A stretch of 63,213 nucleotides of DNA, the filler included, from Stramenopiles sp. TOSAG23-2 (taxonomy: Eukaryota), in assembly GCA_900128395.1 (NCBI GenBank). It is 6 parts of 6 records of this genome, joined end to end, with 100 filler letters (N's around TTAATTAATTAA, not from the genome) between each part and the next. Parts side by side here need not be neighbours in the genome. Positions count along the whole stretch, not along the records: positions 28,299 to 56,430 come from LT649406.1; positions 56,531 to 58,128 come from LT652630.1; positions 58,229 to 59,824 come from LT652631.1; positions 59,925 to 61,519 come from LT652632.1; positions 61,620 to 63,213 come from LT652633.1; 1 more part is not named here. One strand, written 5' to 3'. Within the stretch, counting starts at the first letter, position 1; each line of letters starts with the position of its first letter. Made by a program: the position numbers and the translations under genes. The notes beneath the pieces are model-generated. The model searched no databases. It was not told the origin of the DNA and saw nothing but the letters and a program-made list of their open reading frames with translations. Positions 54,601-63,213 of the stretch are shown one piece after another.

Positions 54601-55174
54601 AAGAACTTGCAAATGCACAGACAGATGCGGTGATGAAAGCGGTAATGGCAGAAACCATGAGTCTTGATCTTACAACATCAATAGCTATTTCCGAAGATGA
54701 TTTATGGCGAAATAATTCAAATGATAACACAGATGAACAAAGTGCTGAGGATATGGTTGGTTTAGCAGAGAGTTTGATCAATGTTTTAGGTGGAGAGAAA
54801 GTGACATCTAAGTTCTTTTCAAATTCTTCAGCAGTAGATCCAAATCATGATGCAGTACGAGTCCCGGGAGGCAAAAACAACAAGCCAAAACGAATTAATA
54901 TTGATGATTGACATCTAAGTTCTTTTCAAATTCTTCAGCAGTAGATCCAAATCATGATGCAGTACGAGTCCCGGGAGGCAAAAACAACAAGCCAAAACGA
55001 ATTAATATTGATGATATGAAGGATGGTGCTGATGGTTTTGGAGAGGATGTTTTAGTTGTAAATAAAAATGGAAAAAGTTTCAAGAAACCGGTGACACCAT
55101 TAGATCAAAGTAGTGATAGTTTAGGTGTATTATTTCGAAAAGCACGCGGTCATGGGACTAGAGTGGATCTTTAA
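51662..55174 (+). CDS. NEK: NIMA-related kinase (NEK1/3/5-like) with coiled-coil tail, split by 109- and 107-bp duplications
   Basis: GRGAFG, IVMEFANGGDL, HRDIKSANVFL, KLGDFGIAKVL, GTPYYMSPE; removing one copy of each duplication restores a single frame. The extreme C-terminus is uncertain. Confidence 0.92.
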
Positions 55175-55635
55175 AATTTTTAGTAATCATACGTTCGTAC
55201 GTCTCACACAATGTGGTTAAAATCTAAGTATTAATTTTTTAATACTCGTACGATCGTACAATTTTACTTCCCGTGCTAAGTAATATGCTCAATACTCAGT
55301 CTCAAGAATAATATTCTATCCTATGATACTTTAGCCAGTAATATAATTTAATTTACGCATAATTTATTGTTTTAATTTACTCATGATAATTCCTACTCTT
55401 CAAAAGAATACAATAACTGAAATAATCTATCTCTATATATGTGTATGTGTTGGTATTTTATCAAGATTAACGACCTTCGTAAAATTCTAAAAATATACGA
55501 AGTATTTAGATGAAAGACTGTGTGTTTTAGAGTATTTTTAGGTTAATTTCATTTTTTTTTTTAATATTTTTTCGTAAAATAATTTATAAAAATATACTAC
55601 GAAATATTTAATATATCATACGCGCGTATATGTTT

Positions 55636-56430
55636 TTAGCATTTTACTGACACTGTAATCTCTTCCCTTGGTTCTGTTAATAATGTTACCATTTCAGATT
55701 TACTTTCTTTTTCCCAATCTTCACGATTTAATATAGACCAATTTGGCGAATGTTGTATACGAAGCCATTTGAAATCATTGACTTCTTTCCACATTGCACT
55801 TTTTCGCAATAAATTAGATTTTTGCATTTGTGATGGTAATTCAGGATAATCCAATAGGTATGGTGCAAAGAATAATTTTGTACAATCCTCAATGATTGGA
55901 TGGCTCAATGCATGTAAGTAAAATACACAATTGACACTATGATGTAAACGAAATTGACGTGATGCTAACCAAAATTTGCTATCGTTGCAATAATGTAATA
56001 ATAATGATCCAGCAATTGGGCCACCATATACATGGCATCGAGTTAATTTATCAACGCGTAAAGCACTCATAGTATCGCGAATGATAACAACGCAATCAAC
56101 TAAATTGTATAAAACAATATCTCCACCATCTTTCAATTGTCCAGCCTCAACAATAATAGTTTCATTAGTCTTATTTTCAATGGATAAATCAAAAGCAGAT
56201 CGATCTACTTCAGGATATTGCTCCTCTTCTTTTGGCGCTGCTGTATTTCCTGTACTTATAACCGCTTCTACTTTCTTTGAATTGTTATCATTATCTGTTT
56301 TGCTATTGGCTTTTTCACTATTATTTATTACATGATTCTCGTTATTTCCTTCAACTGCTTTCTTTTTTTCTTTTTGTTTCTTTTTCTTTGCTGCACGACG
56401 TGATTTAAATGAAAACTTTTTCCTTGGTTG
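55636..56430 (-). CDS. TBCC: Tubulin-specific chaperone C (5'-truncated by contig end)
   Basis: QPRKKFSFK, GPIAGS, ASRQFRLH, PIIEDC..FAPY, WKEVNDFKWL..SPNW; frame open to 56430. Confidence 0.93.
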   Translation of the reverse strand, partial: QPRKKFSFKSRRAAKKKKQKEKKKAVEGNNENHVINNSEKANSKTDNDNNSKKVEAVISTGNTAAPKEEEQYPEVDRSAFDLSIENKTNETIIVEAGQLKDGGDIVLYNLVDCVVIIRDTMSALRVDKLTRCHVYGGPIAGSLLLHYCNDSKFWLASRQFRLHHSVNCVFYLHALSHPIIEDCTKLFFAPYLLDYPELPSQMQKSNLLRKSAMWKEVNDFKWLRIQHSPNWSILNREDWEKESKSEMVTLLTEPREEITVSVKC

Positions 56431-56530
56431 NNNNNNNNNNNNNNNNNNNNNNNNNNNNNNNNNNNNNNNNNNNNTTAATTAATTAANNNNNNNNNNNNNN
56501 NNNNNNNNNNNNNNNNNNNNNNNNNNNNNN
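56431..56530. other. Artificial contig spacer
   Basis: N44-TTAATTAATTAA-N44. Confidence 0.98.
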
Positions 56531-56828
56531 CCTATAACCATTTACATTTTCCAAAATATTTCAACAAAAATTCCACCACCACTTTTGCCGATATAATATA
56601 GCATGGGAATAGTATTAACAAATCGATGATTTTTTTCTCTTTTTTTTTTTTTGATGAATATAAAAACTTAAACTAAAACTAAAATAGATTGTATTGAATG
56701 TGTGTCGATGTATACATTGATGCAAACGATCAATGATGATTAAAATAATATAAATATTATAATTGTATATGGGAAATACCTTGTTCCTACCGATATATTA
56801 TTACCTTGTCTCTACCATACAAAATATC

Positions 56829-58128
56829 ATGGCGCAAATGTTACCAGTGCAACGAACACCATCGTTTGGTGGTGGACAGTATTCACAAACACGAAAATTA
56901 TTAGCACCAAAAACAGATACTATAGATATGGAAGCAAATCCATATGATATTGGTAACAGGCCATTGAAACATTTAGACCAAGATGGTGTTTTTTATATAA
57001 GGGGTGTGAAATATACCATGATACCAAAACAAGATGGTGGGTATATTGGAGGTGGTGCATATGGTACTGTATGGAAAGCAAAACGGGATGAAGATGCACC
57101 AGAACATGATTTACGTCTTGGTGATAGGGATATTGTTGCAGAGTTATTAAATGCTTCAGAAATTTGTGTCAAAGTATTTCGTGTTGAAAAATTAAAAGCT
57201 GGAAAACGAGGTGTTTGCACGGCACAAGATGCAAGGAAAGAAATGCAATTGCATTCTCGTGCTGGTCACTACGTACATGGTGTGATGGCAATATTAGCTG
57301 TTACGGATATTCCAGCTGGTACGGATGTTGGACCTGTTACTATTGATTGTAAATGGAGTAATCAACAACCATCGAAATTTGATAAAGATTCACATTGGGT
57401 TGTCATGGCATGTGAAATTGCACGACAAGGGAATTTAAGGCGCTTTATCAGCCCATTGGATCGACAAGGCAAGACCTTGTTGACTCAAATTGAAGGTGAA
57501 CAAAGGAAAGGAATGGATGAACAAGATGCTATAACGCATATAAATAGAAATGTTCGATCAGAAAGTGTCGTTGCAAGTTTGCAAAGCGAAGATGTAGCAA
57601 GAGGTTTAATGTCCAGACTATTGAAGCAATTACTAAGATTGCATCATCACGGTATTGTACATTTGGATTTAAAACCGGAAAATATTACCATTAATGAAAA
57701 ATGGGAATTGTGTATCATTGATTTTGGTTTAGCACGGCCAATTAATGATCCAACATTATCACAAAAACCAATGTTAGGTACATTAGGTTTCCGTCCACCT
57801 GAACCATATGGTAGTGAAAAAGCAGATGTTTTTTCTGCTGGTATGATATTGTATTGTTTAATTACAAGTGCGGAAAATCCATTTTTTGGATCTCATCCAA
57901 CACGTGATCCGTTAAATGCTGTATACAAAAGCTTCATTGCAACTTCGTATATGCATACTGATAAAAGCCAGGGTATTTTTAAATGCATTAATCGATTACA
58001 AAAATGGTATAAAAAAGGTCATCCATATTGTCCACGTTTAATGCCTTCGAAAAAAGCAGCTTCTTTAGTTGCCAGAATGACAGCTGCAGATAAAGCACAA
58101 CGTCCAACAATTGCAGAATGTTTAGAGC
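56829..58128 (+). CDS. Divergent Ser/Thr protein kinase (3'-truncated)
   Basis: GGGAYGTV, CVK, HLDLKPEN, DFG, GTLGFRPPE, KADVFSAG, RPTIAECL; inserts in the N-lobe. Confidence 0.93.
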
Positions 58129-58228
58129 NNNNNNNNNNNNNNNNNNNNNNNNNNNNNNNNNNNNNNNNNNNNTTAATTAATTAANNNNNNNNNNNNNNNN
58201 NNNNNNNNNNNNNNNNNNNNNNNNNNNN
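58129..58228. other. Artificial contig spacer
   Basis: N44-TTAATTAATTAA-N44. Confidence 0.98.
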
Positions 58229-58451
58229 TTGATTATTTATTTTATGCAAAAACAAAATGGCTGCCTATGAAAATATACCAACAAGTACAAAAAACTTGTA
58301 TACTATTGTGTAAAAAGAAATATGTTGTTTCTGAAGATAGAGGAAATGAGTAAAAATTATTTGTTTCGGATATCTATAATTTTCTCTTAAATTTCTTTTA
58401 CTCCCATAAATTAAAATCTCAAAAAGTGTTCCTTCATTCTTTTATTTCTTT

Positions 58452-59824
58452 TTACGACTCATCATTTGATAATGCTCGGTTCAAAAGGCCAATACCTTCA
58501 TTTGATAAAGCACGTTTAATTCGTAATGGTATCAATTGATTATTATTGTTACTATTCATGCCATCATTCTTTGGAGATATTGAAGGTTCTACTTTCTTAT
58601 AATTATTAAGTTTCCGTATTGCCTTTAATAATAAACCAAAACTTGGTGCAATCTCTTTCGTCCATGTTTTATTATCAATATGTAATGCTGTGCGTCGATC
58701 TCGTGCTAATCCCACTACGTCACGCACATGTATGTACTTTACTTTTCCAGGTGTTGCGATAGTTTCCTCAATTGATTTAAATGAAACAAGTAAATCTTCT
58801 ATACTTGTTGCTAAAGTTATTAGACTTAAACACTTGCTGCTTTCTATAGCTTTTACTGTACAAAAGTTTGGCAACACAACTGCTTTTCCTTTAATAGTTT
58901 CTGAAAAAGTTCCATTGTCCTGAGACATACTTTTTCCAAATACCTCTTTTGTTTTACAATTTACAGTCCATTTTGATACACTGTAGAGTGTAGCGTATGA
59001 AAATAAGTGGTGTGTTAGAGAGGATAACTATTTTGGGTTTACCACATGATGTGGTTTAGATCGGATCCTCTCTAATGTGGTTATAGGGGAATAGGAATTT
59101 ACTTACCCCGTACCAAGTAAATGTTTTGGAGAAAAGCAGCATATTGCAACAGCTTCAAAATGAATCTTGCTTATATCGTCTTGTTGTACATTTTCTACAA
59201 TTTCACCTTTATAATTCGTAAAATACATTAATCCAACTTTGAGTTCAATTCCAGCTAATTTATTTACATATTGCCGGCAATAACTATCTGCTGGACATTT
59301 GTTTAATGTCTGGCTATCAATTACAAAAACCCAATATTTATTTTTTGGGCAATTTAAAAGCTGGTGATTTGTATATGCATTCCTTAGTTTCCTATTTGTA
59401 CAAATATAAACCTTACTAATAGCAGTATATTTCCACGCACGAAAATCATCTTCCCAAATCAAATCTTCCATTATCATATCAGGTTTCAAATTACCGATAT
59501 TATCTTCCTCTGTCTCTATATAAGGTTTTGATGTATTTGGAATATTAAATGATGCTAAATTGAAATTAATCAATGATTTATATAAGGATTCAAACGCGTT
59601 CTGTGCTCCTCGTTGTGCATTTAAAATTGCCATATGATCACTATGGCTTATAATGTCTACCTCGGATCCACTACTACATTTATTTTTCTTCCCATTTAAA
59701 AAATTTGCAACTTGTACCCTGAAAATATCTTGGATGTTATTATTATGATATTTATTTAGAATAGAAGGGTAAATTACATTTAATATATTATCTGTATATT
59801 TTTTTGTTAATAATTTATTATAAT
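58452..59824 (-). CDS. Hypothetical protein, 5'-truncated, two exons (59824-59107, 58980-58452)
   Basis: Frame open to the contig edge; splicing a 126-bp intron joins the two listed ORFs in frame (..LLGTG-VSKWTV..KSMSQD). Confidence 0.75.
58981..59106 (-). other. Spliceosomal GT-AG intron (126 bp)
   Basis: Donor GTAAGT at 59106 and acceptor CTACAG at 58981; phase-consistent join. Confidence 0.85.
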
Positions 59825-59924
59825 NNNNNNNNNNNNNNNNNNNNNNNNNNNNNNNNNNNNNNNNNNNNTTAATTAATTAANNNNNNNNNNNNNNNNNNNN
59901 NNNNNNNNNNNNNNNNNNNNNNNN
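59825..59924. other. Artificial contig spacer
   Basis: N44-TTAATTAATTAA-N44. Confidence 0.98.
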
Positions 59925-61519
59925 GATACTACTAAAATTGCTACTGGTATGTCAGATTCCTTCGTCTTTGATACATTGAATGTTAAAAATATTGGATACA
60001 TGACGGTGAAAATGTCTTTACGTTTTATTTGTTCTACTGATAAATGTAGAGATAATGTATTGGTCAATTTAATTAATATAAATGTTGAACATTTAAATAA
60101 AGAATTGAATGACAAATTAAGAAATGTATATGGCATGACAACGTTGCCATTAGAATTCAATGTTTTAAAAGTAGAACGTCCTTTATACGATCGCCATGTT
60201 ATTAAAACTTGGAGTCTTGGTGGCCATATCAACAAGAAGATTGTATATGGATTGCAATACGTGAAACCGTACCTGCACCAGGTGGTTGGCGGGTCAACCG
60301 GTGGTGGTACAGGTGGCGTTGATTTTGAAGCAATTGCTAAAACTGGCGTTGAAGCTATGACGAAATTAGATTTAGCATCTGAAGATGTATTGAAAGATGC
60401 GGAGAAAGTTTATGTTACGGGTGCGGAATCTGGTATGAGTGGTGGTACGGGTGCGGAAACTGGTATGAGTGGTTCAGAAACAGGTTCAGAAACTGGTACA
60501 GAAACTGGTTCAGAAACTGGTTCAGAAACTGGTTCAGAAACTGGTTCAGAAACTGGTTCAGCTTCCTCCGCATCAGGTGTTATTGGTACTACGGGAGCTG
60601 CAGCAGCAACCGGTTCTGCAACTGGTTCATCTGCAACTGGCTCATCTGCCACTGCATCTACTGGATGTGATGGTAAAGTTAAAGCAAAGGTACACGACGA
60701 TTCATCAAAAATCAAAGTGGCAAGAAACATGAGCAAATTAATGCATCAAGAAGCAAACGTAGTTGCAACAACGAACGATACGGCTATTACAGATTTAGAT
60801 GACAAAGCCAAAGCAATGTTAGGAAATGAAAATGCTAATGTTATGCAAAAAGCAGTCATTGAAAAATTGCAAGAAATGGGGATCCGCGTGAATGTAGGTG
60901 ATGTATCTGTCACATCAAAGCCTGTCAATACAGAGACAGATGATTTGATCGAGAAGCATTTGCTTCCAAATAAAAAGAAGAAGCAACGCACACCAAAAGG
61001 TCCAATAATAACTGGTCATAGTATTTCAACAACTACGGCAATTGAAACTGCTATCTTTTTAGAAAGTGCAGAAACAATTGAAACTGCTGAATCGGCATGT
61101 GCACCAGTTGTTGTAACGGATGATTCACTTGGAGGTACATTGCCTGGTACTAAATCAATTGGTTGCGATCATAAACCAACGTCTAACGATGCAGCTAAAG
61201 GACATGTTCGTCTTGCAAAAGGTGGTTTGAAAAGTGATTTTACATTTTCAGTAAATTCACATAATCATTCGATAAACGTTGCTATTCAACAAATTTTAAA
61301 TAAATTGACACCACAAGAAATGGTGAATGTTTTGCGCAAAGTTAGTACGAATAAAAACAACACGAAGAAAATCGGTTTAGCTGGTGAAAATGTATCACCA
61401 CATGAAAAAGTTGTTGAACAAATTGTGAAGATGAAATATGCATTGGAAATGGAAAAGAGTTCGGAGGAAGCTTTAACCCAACAATCTAAGGATTTGATGC
61501 AACGGATCACTTCATTATC
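59925..61519 (+). CDS. Internal fragment of a large Ser/Thr/Gly-rich repeat protein
   Basis: Open across the whole contig; 12-bp (GSET)n repeats at ~60471-60560 and ATGS repeats. Confidence 0.8.
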
Positions 61520-61619
61520 NNNNNNNNNNNNNNNNNNNNNNNNNNNNNNNNNNNNNNNNNNNNTTAATTAATTAANNNNNNNNNNNNNNNNNNNNNNNNN
61601 NNNNNNNNNNNNNNNNNNN
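61520..61619. other. Artificial contig spacer
   Basis: N44-TTAATTAATTAA-N44. Confidence 0.98.
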
Positions 61620-62515
61620 AGTTTATCAAAATCTTTTAAACATACAGTCGTCTATATTGTCCATACACATGTATGTACAATCACTTAATCATTTATCAAT
61701 AATTCTAGATGACGACTGCTACTAATTGTTTTATATAAAGAGATTGTTATGAAAATAAGATGTGTTCATCATCAAATGCTGGAATGCAAGAATGATGAAA
61801 TAAAATACTCATATTATCATCCGGTGGAAAAACAATGCTATGCAGTGTTATTTTTATCTTTATCATTTTTGGTATTCTAATTACCCGTTTAAGTACAATT
61901 TATGATATTTTGATAGGTATTCATCTGATTTCCAATTTTCACATTTTTCACACATTTCTTCCTAAAAATGGTAAATATTTCCGCAAAAATGATTGATTTT
62001 TATCCTCATTTCATACTTTCCAATCAAAATTTATAGTCTATCAAGTATATATTTTAAAATAGCACTGAATAGCATCGTTTTATATATTAAACGTCTTTTG
62101 ACATTAACTGGCACTGCAATTTTTTTTTTTATAATAATAATTTGCTATCATCTTCTCTAATCCATAATATGGAAGAAAACTCTGCCGGCTGTGGCCGGCC
62201 TGGCCCAAGGCTGGATGCCTTCTCGCTTCTGGACCTTACAGCCTTCGAGCCTTCCTGGCTTCCAGCCTTAGCTCTAGTTAAGTTTTAGATTTTTAACACG
62301 TATTATAATGCCAGGAATGGTCCTCCATATATTAATATCTCTATATCCGCGTTACATCTCATCCTTCTTCTGTAGTAGTACATATGATGATATATATGAT
62401 GATATATAGAGGTATAAAAAATAAAAAAAAACTACTACTCGTTCTGACACCACACATAAGCACAACAAATATATGTTTGGAAAAGGAACGCAAACAAAAA
62501 ACAAACCAGCAACAA

Positions 62516-63213
62516 ATGGGAGGTGGTGTAAGTAAAGCACCATTTGCATCGGTGGAAGAAGCACTCGCGGCAGGTAAAACACAAGAGGAAATAGACTTAT
62601 ATTTAAGAGAAAATCAAACACAAATGTCTGAGACACCGCAAATAACACTTTGTTATCTTAAAATGCAAGCGCTGGCAGAACCAGCCCAAATGATGTTACA
62701 CTATGCGAAAGTTCCATACACGTATCATTATGCATTTGATTATTTCAAAAAGCCATGGGCGGAATGCAAATCACTTGTACCATTTGGCCAAGCACCAGTT
62801 ATGATTGTTAACGGTGACGATGCGAATATGATTAGCGAGTCTGGGTGCATATGTCGCTACGTTGCCAGTTTACGACCAGAAGTTTTTAAACTGAATGATT
62901 TAGTACAAAACGCACGCTGTGATGCCTTGTTTGACCGTTGTAACAATACATTATTTGCACCAATGAACCCATGCTCCAATTTTTTCGTAGCAGAGATGCA
63001 TACAAATACGATTGCTAAATTTATGGAAACATGGCCAAGTGTATTAAATCAATTTACAAAACAATTGGAACTTGGACCTGGCCCATTTTTTATGGGCGCT
63101 GAACCAAAATATTGTGATTTTGCAATATATCATCATTTTGCGAATATACGTTTGTGTAAAAGTGACGCACTTGACGGAAGTCCAAGTGTAGTAAAATTTA
63201 TGGAAGCATTTGA
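62516..63213 (+). CDS. Glutathione S-transferase with MGxxxS N-terminal extension (3'-truncated; not in the ORF track)
   Basis: Own translation: MGGGVSKAPF..MSETPQITLCYLKMQALAEPAQMML..PFGQAPVM..ISESGCICRYVA..GPFFMGAEPKYCDFAIY. Confidence 0.92.
   Translation, partial: MGGGVSKAPFASVEEALAAGKTQEEIDLYLRENQTQMSETPQITLCYLKMQALAEPAQMMLHYAKVPYTYHYAFDYFKKPWAECKSLVPFGQAPVMIVNGDDANMISESGCICRYVASLRPEVFKLNDLVQNARCDALFDRCNNTLFAPMNPCSNFFVAEMHTNTIAKFMETWPSVLNQFTKQLELGPGPFFMGAEPKYCDFAIYHHFANIRLCKSDALDGSPSVVKFMEAF

Noticed and set aside
62180-62280. GC-rich GCCTT-repetitive patch upstream of the GST
   Set aside because: No partner terminus, stable long stem or second copy found in the window.

Overview
AT-rich nuclear DNA of a single-celled eukaryote, not a prokaryote: poly-Asn tracts, microsatellites, Sec6, NEK, TBCC, COQ4, a TPGS1-like gene and one verifiable GT-AG intron. 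A flagellated heterotrophic stramenopile is my inference only. The window is six separate contigs (1-28198, 28299-56430, 56531-58128, 58229-59824, 59925-61519, 61620-63213) joined by artificial N44-TTAATTAATTAA-N44 spacers, so adjacency across spacers is meaningless. Most genes are intronless housekeeping genes: MBOAT/GUP1, MATE, MAPEG, Sec6, COQ4, CUE-Smr, sialidase, HIBCH, NEK, TBCC, a kinase and a GST. These are mixed with secreted or repetitive accessory genes, a TA-flanked MITE, a second TIR element and several hairpin motifs. The standout is a ~2160-aa Dicer-like protein (PAZ, intact RNase IIIa, degenerate RNase IIIb). It has no recognisable helicase and instead carries WG (Argonaute-hook-like) repeats and a domain resembling a bacterial plasmid-type TOPRIM primase. 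Contig 2 contains about a dozen near-exact 88-119 bp tandem duplications that split ORFs and look like assembly artefacts. All family calls are by-eye motif recognition; no searches were run.
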